Shown: in pieces, positions 28,902-38,911 of the stretch
How positions within the stretch are numbered: the stretch's first letter is position 1
Layout of the letters: every line of letters begins with the position of its first letter
Virus record (IMG/VR): IMGVR_UViG_3300042806_000370
Length of the DNA: 64,000 nt
From: a virus
Strand: one strand, 5' to 3'
Translations under genes and position numbers: made by a program
Notes under the pieces: generated by a model
Database searches by the model: none
The model's input: only the letters and a program-made list of their open reading frames with translations
What the model was told of the DNA's origin: nothing

Positions 28902-29027
28902 TCACCTGTAATATACTTCTACAGTAGAGTCCTTCTTGATCTTTATTTTAGAAACAATACCTCTTACTGTTCTTGTTTTTTGCCTGTCGGTGGCTATCTT
29001 TGAAAATTTTTTAATCTTTAACTTCAT
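28902..29027 (-). CDS. 41-aa basic peptide (not in ORF track)
   Basis: ATGA overlap with upstream gene; MKLKIKKFSKIATDRQKTRTVRGIVSKIKIKKDSTVEVYYR; fills the gap exactly. Confidence 0.6.
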   Translation of the reverse strand: MKLKIKKFSKIATDRQKTRTVRGIVSKIKIKKDSTVEVYYR

Positions 29028-29452
29028 AGTAAACCACCATCTTCATTTGATAGTTCAAATCTTCCTCTCAACAATGTATCTGAGAAAGTGTTGCCATTAA
29101 AAATTTCCAAAGAATAAAAATGTCTTCCACTAGGAATACTTCCCATAATATCCGAATCTATGCTAACATAAATTCCACCAGTCAAAGTGGCAAGATTTTC
29201 ATCTTTATTTCTATAAACAAAAGATTTTGAAGAATCGTGAGTCAATCCTCCAGTTCCGGTAGGAACATAATAGGTAACTCCAGTTACACCAGCAATTATT
29301 AAAGTATGCTCATCCATCGGTAAAGCTCTGAAGACGCTAAAGGTAACTTTATCGAATGTTGCAGAAATAGCAGCATCATTTTCATCGTAATAAGTTACAT
29401 GAAAATTAAAATTGTTTCCCTTTATGCCTTCAAGATCTTTTTGTGGAGTCAT
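29024..29452 (-). CDS. BppU-N-like Ig-fold virion accessory protein
   Basis: KGNNFNFHVTY...YVSIDS..MGSIPSGRHFYSLEI...TLLRGRFEL pattern. Confidence 0.6.
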   Translation of the reverse strand: MTPQKDLEGIKGNNFNFHVTYYDENDAAISATFDKVTFSVFRALPMDEHTLIIAGVTGVTYYVPTGTGGLTHDSSKSFVYRNKDENLATLTGGIYVSIDSDIMGSIPSGRHFYSLEIFNGNTFSDTLLRGRFELSNEDGGLL

Positions 29453-30666
29453 ATTCTAGCTTTCTTCTTCTTTTTATTTATCTTCTTTTTTTCCTTTTCT
29501 TTTTGCTTCTCTACCATTTCAGCCATAGCTCTTTCATCTTGAATCTTTGCTACAATATGCTTGTAAGAATTGAAGTTGTTTTGAATTCTTTGTCTATGTT
29601 CTTCTGGAAATTTATTTTCGCAAAGAAGCTTATGACAAATTTGCATTCCCAAGTGAAATTTTCCTACTGAATGGGCAACCGCACCTAATTCATCAAGAAT
29701 GCCCCATGAGTATGGAATTTCTTCTACGAACAAATCATCCATTACTGGTCTTGGAATCTCCAATGCCATGCGCGCATAAATGTATGCTGCCTTTGGCCTG
29801 TCATTCATTCTACAGAGTCTTGCTAATTGATACAGTGGCTCTGCTCTTGTTGGTCTTGCTTCGTATGATCTCATGAACATGTCATAGATTTCATTCCAAG
29901 GATGTTGTAGGAAGACCTTACAAATTGCCATTCTGTAGATAGAGAAAAATATCTCTTCTTCCCAACCACCAAGTTCAGATCTCTTTCTATAAGCCTCAAG
30001 AGCTTTTTCAAATTGGAAAGAATCAAAATAGCTTTGTGCAAGATAAAAATGATATCTTGTATTTGTCGGATCTTCTAAAATTGCCTTTTCTAGAACTTCT
30101 GCATCTCTGGCATACTTTTCCTTCGGATCGATACCTACGTTTCTTGCACCTTCTGTTCTAGCTTCTATGCAATAGTTTCCAGGTAGCTTTTCTATCTTGT
30201 ATGGCTTAGGTTCAGAATCTGGATATTCGTGAAGAATTCCGACATATTTCCAATCCCTATTGTTCTTGAATAGCTGTGTTCTCCACCAAGAAAATTCACC
30301 TCTCTTGAACTGTAAGGTATAAGCATCTGCACTTGCATTTTCTGGTAGCACTAATTCACCGTGTAGGAAGTCATCTGCGTCTATGACCCAAGCATAGTCT
30401 GCCTTGCCTTTGGCGTTCTGGAACGCCTCTGTACGAGAGCCAATACTGTTCCCGTGATTACCGAATCCCTTCCAATCTGACTGGTAAATTTCTCCTGGAA
30501 TATTCTTCTCAGCAAAAAACTTACGAATCATATCCTGAGTTCCATCAGTAGAACCAGTATCTGTGATATCGTAACGGTCAATATACTTGTAAACAGATTC
30601 TAAACAGCGAAGAATAACGTGAGTTTCGTTCTTCACGATCATGCATAGTGTAATTGTTGGTTTCAT
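29449..30666 (-). CDS. GT2 glycosyltransferase with TPR-like repeats
   Basis: LCMIVKNE, DTGSTDGT, IDADD, GILHE; RYHFYLAQSY, RAEPLYQLA. Confidence 0.9.
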   Translation of the reverse strand: MKPTITLCMIVKNETHVILRCLESVYKYIDRYDITDTGSTDGTQDMIRKFFAEKNIPGEIYQSDWKGFGNHGNSIGSRTEAFQNAKGKADYAWVIDADDFLHGELVLPENASADAYTLQFKRGEFSWWRTQLFKNNRDWKYVGILHEYPDSEPKPYKIEKLPGNYCIEARTEGARNVGIDPKEKYARDAEVLEKAILEDPTNTRYHFYLAQSYFDSFQFEKALEAYRKRSELGGWEEEIFFSIYRMAICKVFLQHPWNEIYDMFMRSYEARPTRAEPLYQLARLCRMNDRPKAAYIYARMALEIPRPVMDDLFVEEIPYSWGILDELGAVAHSVGKFHLGMQICHKLLCENKFPEEHRQRIQNNFNSYKHIVAKIQDERAMAEMVEKQKEKEKKKINKKKKKARI

Positions 30667-30675
30667 ATTGTATCT

Positions 30676-30703
30676 ATTCTACATTTTGGAGCGATAAAAT
30701 CAA
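30676..30703 (-). promoter_or_regulatory. sigma70-type promoter
   Basis: TTGATT-N16-TAGAAT, 9 nt before ATG. Confidence 0.65.
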
Positions 30704-31593
30704 GTGTTATTCTTGATCCAAATTTCCACATCTATCTTTGGCTTCCATCCTAGATGGCTTATTTGTTCTATATTTGCTAAAGTTGATTTAGCTTCTCCCT
30801 CTCTTGGGGGCAAATGTTTGGTTGGCCCACCAACCATTTTTGCTATTTCGTTTACCGAATAATTTTTTCCGGTTCCAACATTTAATGTTCTAGTCAACAT
30901 TTTAGTATCACCATAATCGTGGTTGGCTAAAAGAATGTTTGCTTCGACAACATCGGAAACATGAACAAAATCTCTTCTTTGTTCTCCATTACCTACTATA
31001 GTAAGTGGTTCTCCAGCTGCCTTCTGTCTTCCGAAGATACCAATTACAGGTGCATATTGCCCTTTTACTGGTTGCCTTTCTCCAAAAACATTGAAATATC
31101 TAAAAATATGTGTTTCTAGACCATACATTTTAGAATATAATTTGCACAATTCTTCCGCATTTTGTTTAGTTACAGAATACGCATTTAGGCAATCTGGTGG
31201 AGCTGCTTCATTGCTTTTTCCAGTATTACCGTAAATTGCAGAAGTTGACGAAAGAAGTACCTTTTTGACTCGGTGTTTTCGTGCTAGCTGAAGAACCGTT
31301 CCTGTGCCAAGAACATTGACTTCTATTGCCTTGAGAGGATCTTCAATGCAATTTTGTATTCTCGCCTCTGCTGCTAGATGAAATACTACATCAACATGAT
31401 TATACATGTCACTAGTCATAACATAATCAGTTACGCAGTGATGATTATACTTTGCTTTTTTATTGAAGTAAAATTCATTATGTGCGTCTGACGAGAGATT
31501 GTCAATGACATTTACTTCATGACCATCTTCTATAAGACGATCAACTAGATTCGATCCAATAAATCCACAACCGCCAGTTACTAAGTATTTCAT
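30700..31593 (-). CDS. NAD-dependent nucleotide-sugar epimerase/dehydratase
   Basis: TGGCGFIGS, HLAA, SSTSAIYG, YSVTK, RYFNVFG, RDFVHVSD. Confidence 0.93.
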   Translation of the reverse strand: MKYLVTGGCGFIGSNLVDRLIEDGHEVNVIDNLSSDAHNEFYFNKKAKYNHHCVTDYVMTSDMYNHVDVVFHLAAEARIQNCIEDPLKAIEVNVLGTGTVLQLARKHRVKKVLLSSTSAIYGNTGKSNEAAPPDCLNAYSVTKQNAEELCKLYSKMYGLETHIFRYFNVFGERQPVKGQYAPVIGIFGRQKAAGEPLTIVGNGEQRRDFVHVSDVVEANILLANHDYGDTKMLTRTLNVGTGKNYSVNEIAKMVGGPTKHLPPREGEAKSTLANIEQISHLGWKPKIDVEIWIKNNT

Positions 31594-31599
31594 TTTATT

Positions 31600-32289
31600 T
31601 TATATCTTAAAGTAATTACATGCAAAAGTATCTCTTATCGGAGAACCCATTTCAAATTCTTTATTATTAAAATCAACAAAAAGATTTGTTAATACGCTCT
31701 GATCATGTCTATGATCTATAAAATCTGGAAAATTATTCCCATGAACATTTGGCATATCAGTTACAATATTTTCATCTTTGCAAAATTCTAACCATTTATT
31801 AACAAATTCTTTATTTTTATATGTATTTTTAAAAGCAACCACTCCTGCTTCTAATTGAATCTGATTTCTATATTTTTCATCTAAACAATTCATTTTATAA
31901 AAACAATCATACTTTGTATATTGACTTTGCTTAAAAGCACCACCAATAAACAATGTATCTTGTAAATTTATTGAGCTATTTACATAATTAATAAATGCTG
32001 GTGGATTTAAAATTATATCTCCACTATCCATATAAATTACAGTTTCGTCATTTGGTATTAATTCTAAAGTTTTTAAAATAAAATAAGGTTTCCATAAACA
32101 ATAACCAAAACATCTTTTTTGGTCTAAAATATGCTTATTTTCTGAATAAAATTGTGTTTTATATAAATCAGTTTCATTAAAAATATGAAAATCATTAAAA
32201 ATTTTAAATTTTGCCAAATTTTTAACTGTATCGTTTTTAAATTTTTCATACAGTTTATCAGAAAACATTAAAAGGTGAAAATTATTCAT
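31600..32289 (-). CDS. Putative GT-A glycosyltransferase
   Basis: GYCLWKPYFI, IYMDSG, DHRHDQSVLT. Confidence 0.7.
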   Translation of the reverse strand: MNNFHLLMFSDKLYEKFKNDTVKNLAKFKIFNDFHIFNETDLYKTQFYSENKHILDQKRCFGYCLWKPYFILKTLELIPNDETVIYMDSGDIILNPPAFINYVNSSINLQDTLFIGGAFKQSQYTKYDCFYKMNCLDEKYRNQIQLEAGVVAFKNTYKNKEFVNKWLEFCKDENIVTDMPNVHGNNFPDFIDHRHDQSVLTNLFVDFNNKEFEMGSPIRDTFACNYFKI

Positions 32290-32296
32290 ATTTTAA

Positions 32297-32890
32297 TTAA
32301 GTAAAATAAATTCCGTAAGCATTATCTTTAGTATGAAAATTTGGTTCTGTTCCACCAATATATCTTTTAACACAATCACCAAAATGCATTTTGAAAAAGT
32401 CTATATTAAATGTATGTGGATGACAAGGATCATATTCTTCTGGAGATCTAATATCAATAGGTTCAAAAAATTTAATAATTTTACAACTTTTTTTGCATTT
32501 TTCAATTATTAAATTTGGATCTATTGTGTGTTCTAAAATATTAAGTAACCATATTTCATCAACATTCGGAAAATCTATATCTTCAGCTGGTTTATTTATT
32601 AGGTCTATTCCACATTTTTTATATAAAAAAATATTTTCCTCATATATTGTAGGTTCTATAACAATTGCTTTAGAAAAATTTTTACAAAAAAACAAAGAAG
32701 ATACTCTAGCTGGACCTATTTCTATAATAGATTTGTTGTTTAAATCTGGATTTATATTTAAATACTTAAAATAAATTTGATATCCATTTTTATAGTGAGT
32801 TAAAGATTCTTCAAAAGATGTTGTTATGTGATGTTTTTTTTCTTCAATTTGTGCTAAGTTCCATCGCTCATTAGTTATTTTTTGTATCAT
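32297..32890 (-). CDS. Class I SAM methyltransferase
   Basis: IIEIGP, VIEP, LNILEHTIDP. Confidence 0.65.
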   Translation of the reverse strand: MIQKITNERWNLAQIEEKKHHITTSFEESLTHYKNGYQIYFKYLNINPDLNNKSIIEIGPARVSSLFFCKNFSKAIVIEPTIYEENIFLYKKCGIDLINKPAEDIDFPNVDEIWLLNILEHTIDPNLIIEKCKKSCKIIKFFEPIDIRSPEEYDPCHPHTFNIDFFKMHFGDCVKRYIGGTEPNFHTKDNAYGIYFT

Positions 32891-32900
32891 ATTTTTTCTT

Positions 32901-33725
32901 TTATTTTAAATTATAAATTGCTCCGTGCTGATATGCTATTTCCGTTATATTTAGGAAATTATCTTGAGGCATTATTAGATTTAATATTAAATATCTTATA
33001 GGAGCATCACCCCATCTATTAATGTAGATTCCTCCAGATTTTTTAATTTCTTCATAAAATTGCATATATTTTGATTCTTTAAACCAAGATATCTTACCGA
33101 TTTCAAAATTATTATAAAACATACCATTTTCTCTGATGTTTGAAATAGTAGTTAATGTTTTTATTTTATTAGTTTCTATATAATTTTTAATAAAATCATT
33201 TAGACCAATAGTAACTTTTGGATTATCTAATTGAATTGCTTCTCCAATAAATCCATAAAAAGAATTTAATTTTTTCATTTTATCAAAAATATTTTCTTTA
33301 ACTTCTCTTAATATAAAGGAATCAGTATCAAGGCGCATATAGTAGTCATAATTTTCTAATATTTTTTGATTATAAATTTCTCCTGCAAAAAAATTACACA
33401 TATGCCTATAACCAATTGTAAATCCTGGATGTCCCCATGCTATCGGACCATTTCCATGTGTAGGATGTGGAAAATATTCTGGTATTTTATTTAAAATTTC
33501 TTTACTATAATCTAAAGTAAAATTTAATTCTTGAAATATAAAGGATATGTTTGGGAAAATGTTTTTTATATTTTCTATATGACTATTAAATTCTTTTTCG
33601 TGAAAAACAACAACATCTGCGACATGTGTTTTTAAAAAATTCTTTTCTAATAATAATAAACTTTTTAAAAAATCTTTTATTTCTTGTTCTCTATGATTTA
33701 CCAAATAAACTATACAATTTTTCAT
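32901..33725 (-). CDS. GT15 (Kre2/Mnt1-like) alpha-1,2-mannosyltransferase
   Basis: GYRHMCNFF, YDYYMRLDTDS, FYNNFEI, SGGIYINRWGDAPIR. Confidence 0.85.
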   Translation of the reverse strand: MKNCIVYLVNHREQEIKDFLKSLLLLEKNFLKTHVADVVVFHEKEFNSHIENIKNIFPNISFIFQELNFTLDYSKEILNKIPEYFPHPTHGNGPIAWGHPGFTIGYRHMCNFFAGEIYNQKILENYDYYMRLDTDSFILREVKENIFDKMKKLNSFYGFIGEAIQLDNPKVTIGLNDFIKNYIETNKIKTLTTISNIRENGMFYNNFEIGKISWFKESKYMQFYEEIKKSGGIYINRWGDAPIRYLILNLIMPQDNFLNITEIAYQHGAIYNLK

Positions 33726-34351
33726 TTAATTATCCATCCTATCTGGTAACCTTCAAATAATTTTTCTGCTCCTATAGATTCCATAAATTCTTTAACATAT
33801 GTACCTTTTCCTATTTTTCCTTGAGTAAAAAAAGCATCATGGTCATCTACTAAAATTATAGAACCTGATTTTAAATTTTTAGTAGCTGCACAGAGTTCTT
33901 TCAAATGATGTAATTGAGATGGATGTGGATTATGTTTTTCTATATCATAAGAATCTAAATACAAAAAATCTATCTTGATTTCTTGTGGTATGTTCCATAA
34001 AAATTTTACAGAATCTGAACAAAATATTTTTGTTTTTTCGCTTACAAATTTTTTGGCATGATCTACGTTATTTTGAGAAATATCCACAGAATAAAATTTT
34101 CCTTTTACTGTTTGGATAAATTTATCAAAGATAAAAGTACTAGCCCCATCATCACCAAATGCTATAGTACCATGATCAGCTCTCATACAACCAGTTTCTA
34201 CTAAAAAATAATCTTTATTGCTACTATTAGAACATAATAGTTCAAATACTTTAAGAAAAGAATCTGCTCTATTTCTTATAGGATTTGCTGGGTGACCTGG
34301 AATTAAAAGTTTTTGGTAAATTTCCGATTTATAAAAATTTAAAAAGTTCAT
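33722..34351 (-). CDS. Class I SAM methyltransferase, sugar O-methyltransferase-like
   Basis: LVETGCMR, YSVDI, DSVKFL, IDFLYLDSYD, ILVDD. Confidence 0.75.
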   Translation of the reverse strand: MNFLNFYKSEIYQKLLIPGHPANPIRNRADSFLKVFELLCSNSSNKDYFLVETGCMRADHGTIAFGDDGASTFIFDKFIQTVKGKFYSVDISQNNVDHAKKFVSEKTKIFCSDSVKFLWNIPQEIKIDFLYLDSYDIEKHNPHPSQLHHLKELCAATKNLKSGSIILVDDHDAFFTQGKIGKGTYVKEFMESIGAEKLFEGYQIGWIIK

Positions 34352-34360
34352 TTTATTTTA

Positions 34361-35062
34361 TTAAATGTTTTTATTTGATAAATTATTGAAATAATTATAA
34401 TGATCCGTATAAGATCCTTCTTTTAGAGTCGATTGTGAAGGAATTGTATTAATTAGTGGTGGTATAAAAGCAAAACAATCGTTTGTTTCGTAAAATTTTC
34501 TTGCAAAAAAACCATCTGCTGCACTTAAACCATTTTTATTACAAAAATTATTTTCCGTAATATTAATATAATTTTCGTAAAAATTTTTATTTACAATATA
34601 AGCAAAAGATCCATTACATGCTTTAATTTTATTAATATTTAATTTATAGGGAATTAACCAATCTTCGATATAATACCCTCCAATATGGAGGATATCAAAA
34701 ATAAAATCTATGGATATGTTTTTTATAGAATTTGGTTCTTTAATATTAAAATCATTTTCAAAAATTAAAACATTATCATAATTTTCTTTTTTTGCATTTT
34801 TAACTATTTCTAAATGAGACATCATTAGACATAAATTTTTAAGATTATATAATTCTCTATTATTTTTTGGTTCATAATTATAATATTCAAATTTATATTT
34901 ATTATAATATTCTTTATAATTTTTTAAAGTATCTGGAACTATTGCTTCAAATACATTTATATTATTAAAAACATTTTTTTGGATTTGATCGTATATATTT
35001 TTAGCTCTTTCGCTACAGCCTTTATTGTGGATAATAAATGCTGGAATATCTGTCATTTTCAT
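34361..35062 (-). CDS. GT25-like glycosyltransferase
   Basis: SERAK, CLMMSH..I.K.A, VLIFEND, GSFAYIV, AADG. Confidence 0.7.
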   Translation of the reverse strand: MKMTDIPAFIIHNKGCSERAKNIYDQIQKNVFNNINVFEAIVPDTLKNYKEYYNKYKFEYYNYEPKNNRELYNLKNLCLMMSHLEIVKNAKKENYDNVLIFENDFNIKEPNSIKNISIDFIFDILHIGGYYIEDWLIPYKLNINKIKACNGSFAYIVNKNFYENYINITENNFCNKNGLSAADGFFARKFYETNDCFAFIPPLINTIPSQSTLKEGSYTDHYNYFNNLSNKNI

Positions 35063-35862
35063 AATAATCTATCTTCTTTTATTCTATATTTTATTATTAA
35101 TTCTTTATGGATATTTAAAAATAATTTTGTATTTTTGTGATTGGCTTGTAATAGCCAAGGAGCTGGAGATCCATTAATTCTAGTTCCCCCCCAAGAATCT
35201 TTAGACTCATAATCTATCCAATAACATCCACATATTTTTCCCAATTTTGTTTTGGCTCTATAGCATAGATCATGGTCATCCATGTCTTGTGGAGCAAAAT
35301 TTTCATCTAAATAATTTAAAGATTTAATATCTTCATGTTTAAGCATAAGTGGTCCTCTATTAACAGAACTTCTTATTGCAAATATATTTCTTGGTGTATT
35401 ATGGCAGTTAGCATGATCTACATGATTCAAAATATCGCACCAACAATTATCTAAATTTTCTTTAAGATATAAATGTTTAGTTTTTTGGTTGAATTCCCAA
35501 TTATGAGCAGTTCTTGATGTTACAGCAAATACGTCATTGAACTGAAATGGTTTTATCATTCTTTCGTTCCAACCATATTCTTTTATGATCATATCATCTT
35601 GAATTATTGTACAGTAATCTCCAGAACTATTTTTAAGACCTATATTATTTGCTTTTGTTTCAAATACATTATCGGCATAATAAATGTTAATTTTATCAAA
35701 TTTTTGTTTATTTTGTTTTACAATTTTTTCTGAACTATCGGTACATCCATCAAGAATAATATTTAATTCATAAAAACCTAAAGTATTTTCTTTAATGCCA
35801 TGCAATACTTTTTCTAGTAAAAACTCTTTATTATGTACTGTCAATATTATACTATGTGTCAT
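35059..35862 (-). CDS. GT2 glycosyltransferase
   Basis: SIILTVHN, ILDGCTDSS, IQDDM, PQDMDDHDLCYRA. Confidence 0.85.
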   Translation of the reverse strand: MTHSIILTVHNKEFLLEKVLHGIKENTLGFYELNIILDGCTDSSEKIVKQNKQKFDKINIYYADNVFETKANNIGLKNSSGDYCTIIQDDMIIKEYGWNERMIKPFQFNDVFAVTSRTAHNWEFNQKTKHLYLKENLDNCWCDILNHVDHANCHNTPRNIFAIRSSVNRGPLMLKHEDIKSLNYLDENFAPQDMDDHDLCYRAKTKLGKICGCYWIDYESKDSWGGTRINGSPAPWLLQANHKNTKLFLNIHKELIIKYRIKEDRLL

Positions 35863-35963
35863 ATTAAATCGCGTTTTATTTTATTCAAAAAATCATCATA
35901 TTTTATTATTTTATCTTCGTCGTTTTGACTAAAAAATATTTTTAACGTATTTTAAATAATGAT

Positions 35964-36725
35964 TCATTTGTATTTTTTCCAATATTCTTGAGTATTATAG
36001 TAATTTAATAATTCTTCTTTTGTCATATTTATTATTTTTTCATGATATAAAACATTATGTTCATATGATTTTTTTCTAATTGATGGTGGATGTTCTTGGT
36101 GAAATACTAAATTATTTCCCCATTTTACATTATATCCCAATTTTTGAAATCTTATAGCTCTCTCTATATCTTCTGGTCCCCAGTCAACATAGTTTTCATT
36201 TTCCATAAAACCTTTTCTATAAGATTCTGTATTAAAAAATTGACAATGACCATACATCGTGCAATGATAATCGCTTTGTTTTATTTTTAATTTAGAAAAA
36301 TCAAAATAACTTTTAAATTCTATTACATCGTTTCTTTCTGGATACAATCTGATTTGATGCATTTTTTGAAGACCAAAAGGATAATATAAATCAACTTTGT
36401 TTTCTAATATTTCTTTTTCTGCCAATTTATATGTTTCTGGTAATAAAAAAACATCAGCATCATAATTTACTGTTATAGGCGTTAAAACGCAGTTTAACAT
36501 TTGATTTAATAATTTTGTTCTATAAAAGTAATTTGTATTATTATTTACAAAATGGTATTCTAATCTATCAGAAGATTTTATTTTTAATTTTTGATCAGTA
36601 TCTGATTCTGTTACTATTATATTACCATTAGTATTTTCTAATAAAAATTTAATACAATTGTTTATATTATTATATCTGATATCAGAATCTATTTTTACTG
36701 GTATTATAAATGTGGTATTAATCAT
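35964..36725 (-). CDS. GT2/GT7-like glycosyltransferase
   Basis: FIIPV..D...R, NYDADV, GFMENENYVDWGPEDIE. Confidence 0.75.
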   Translation of the reverse strand: MINTTFIIPVKIDSDIRYNNINNCIKFLLENTNGNIIVTESDTDQKLKIKSSDRLEYHFVNNNTNYFYRTKLLNQMLNCVLTPITVNYDADVFLLPETYKLAEKEILENKVDLYYPFGLQKMHQIRLYPERNDVIEFKSYFDFSKLKIKQSDYHCTMYGHCQFFNTESYRKGFMENENYVDWGPEDIERAIRFQKLGYNVKWGNNLVFHQEHPPSIRKKSYEHNVLYHEKIINMTKEELLNYYNTQEYWKKYK

Positions 36726-37521
36726 GATAAATTTTATTCAAAAATAAGTCTATGCAATTTTCTACTGTATTTTGTTTTACAATTTTTTGTGCAATTTCAT
36801 AATTTTTAAAAATATATTCTTTTTTACTTTCGTATAAAGAAAAACTTAAATTGTCTATTTCTGCTATATCAATAATTCCTCTTGGATCATATATATCGGC
36901 TATATCTGGATCTCCCCAATATATTGGTATTGTTCCAGATAGCATGCAATCATTTATTTTTTCTGTATAGTAACCAGATTCTCTGCAATTTTCTATTGCA
37001 AAATTAAAACAATAATTTATTAATCCATCTTCTTTATTTTTAATTGGATTATCAAATAATTGACCATAACCATCTATTATACCAGGTTTTGTTAATGATT
37101 TTAAACTGTGTCTTAATTTATGCCCTTCTGAATATTTTTTTTCAGAAAAAATCATTGAAGCTAATTTTGTTTTATTTGTGGTAAAACAATTTTTGGATAA
37201 AGATGTTCCTGCATTAGGTGGAATTATAATAGCATTTGATAAAAAATTAAATCTTTTATGGCAAGTTATAATATGATCAAAATTTTTAGTGTAATTTAAA
37301 TCGTTTAATAGCTCATAACATATAGGAATAAGTCCATATGGTTCCGAAAGATACAAAATTTTTTTCTTAGTAGAGTCTTTTATTATTTTGATATTATCTA
37401 CAAATAAATAACAATCTGCTTCTTGTATATTATTAACTTTAATAAATTTATTGCCTATAAATTTAAAATTTTTCCAAGTTATTGAATCCACTAAAGATTC
37501 TACAATATAAATTTTAATCAT
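36718..37521 (-). CDS. GT10-like fucosyltransferase
   Basis: YCFNFAIEN...GYYTEKINDCMLSGTIPIYWG. Confidence 0.85.
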   Translation of the reverse strand: MIKIYIVESLVDSITWKNFKFIGNKFIKVNNIQEADCYLFVDNIKIIKDSTKKKILYLSEPYGLIPICYELLNDLNYTKNFDHIITCHKRFNFLSNAIIIPPNAGTSLSKNCFTTNKTKLASMIFSEKKYSEGHKLRHSLKSLTKPGIIDGYGQLFDNPIKNKEDGLINYCFNFAIENCRESGYYTEKINDCMLSGTIPIYWGDPDIADIYDPRGIIDIAEIDNLSFSLYESKKEYIFKNYEIAQKIVKQNTVENCIDLFLNKIYHD

Positions 37522-38288
37522 AAAAGAACCATATCACTACGATATATTTTTTCCCAATTTTTTGGTCCGCCATTATTATTATACCATCTATTAGGTACAA
37601 TAACTTTTTTATTTAAATTTTCATTCAACCACGATCCCCACCAAGAATAAGAGCTATTTGAAAGTATATTATGATCACATAAAGACATAAGAGCTAAATC
37701 AACTTCTGCTGAATTATCCATTATTATATTTGGTATATTTTTAAACTTATTTTTACAAAATTCTTTATCGTCTGTAAAAATAACATAAAAATAATCATTT
37801 CCAAATTTATCCATTGCTTTTTTAAAGTAATTATCATCACAAACTGTATGGATGGAATTTGGCAATAAATAATCACTTCTTCTTACATGAACAGATACTA
37901 ATTCTTTTTTTACTTTATCTTTAAGCTCTTTTATAAATTTGAAGCAGGCATCCATCATATCTTTTTTAAAGATAAATAAATTTTTTAGATCATATTCTAT
38001 ATCATAGACATATTTACTATTTTGAAAATATCCATAACAATCTGTATTATCTTCTATATTAGAAGTATCAATATAAGCACAATCATTAAGTTGTATTAAA
38101 GCATTTTTTTGTGCTATTTGAGTAGAATCTTTTAATGGAAGATCAAAAATTTTTGTTATTAAAGGTCTGTGGATATAATCATAACCTATTTCTAAATTTT
38201 TATGTTTAGCTACATTGTATATAAAAGCAAATTGAAACATTTGATTACCTAATCTTCCCATATTTCCTAAATTTTTAAAAGTAATCAT
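37518..38288 (-). CDS. GT11 alpha-1,2-fucosyltransferase-like
   Basis: GRLGNQMFQ, GYFQN, VHVRRSDY, DLALMSLCDH.I.SNSSYSWW. Confidence 0.92.
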   Translation of the reverse strand: MITFKNLGNMGRLGNQMFQFAFIYNVAKHKNLEIGYDYIHRPLITKIFDLPLKDSTQIAQKNALIQLNDCAYIDTSNIEDNTDCYGYFQNSKYVYDIEYDLKNLFIFKKDMMDACFKFIKELKDKVKKELVSVHVRRSDYLLPNSIHTVCDDNYFKKAMDKFGNDYFYVIFTDDKEFCKNKFKNIPNIIMDNSAEVDLALMSLCDHNILSNSSYSWWGSWLNENLNKKVIVPNRWYNNNGGPKNWEKIYRSDMVLL

Positions 38289-38911
38289 CCCTTTACCTCC
38301 AATTCACATTTTGTCAAATGTTCCCATTTATTTGAACTTTCTGCCAAATCTGCCTGATAAAATACTGGTTTATTTGGTGTCAATACTTGAAAAAATTTCT
38401 GTAAATATGCACATCCAATATCGAACGGAGTGCGTCTATTATACACAAGATCTTTTGACATATTTTTTACTTCTTCTCTATACCGCTGACTTGTATATAA
38501 AATGGCATGTGTTGCCAAAATACCAGCTATTCTTTTATAATTTTCATTATATCGAATGCAATTATAAAACATATTACCCGTGCTTATTCCCAAATATAAA
38601 GCAGCTGTTTCGTCTGGAATTTCCAATACAGGATTAAAATTTTCTTCAATGACTTCAACATCATCTTCAAGAATTAAAAATGGTGTCTTGAGATCTGCAA
38701 TTTCAAATATGTCAATATGCGATTGAGCACACCCGACATAATGCTTATTACTTGGAATCGTATCTGGCGGTGCTGGTATTACTCTAGCAGACTTCCTAAC
38801 GGTGTTCTTGAAGCCTAGCTTCTCAAACATCTTAGTCATTCTTTCTGCATTTTTTATGGCAGAGTCTAAATTAATCCAGTATACTGGTATTTCACGAAGA
38901 TCTATTTTCAT
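38285..38911 (-). CDS. GT25-like glycosyltransferase
   Basis: YWINLD, GCAQSH, LILEDD, ATHAILY. Confidence 0.75.
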   Translation of the reverse strand: MKIDLREIPVYWINLDSAIKNAERMTKMFEKLGFKNTVRKSARVIPAPPDTIPSNKHYVGCAQSHIDIFEIADLKTPFLILEDDVEVIEENFNPVLEIPDETAALYLGISTGNMFYNCIRYNENYKRIAGILATHAILYTSQRYREEVKNMSKDLVYNRRTPFDIGCAYLQKFFQVLTPNKPVFYQADLAESSNKWEHLTKCELEVKG

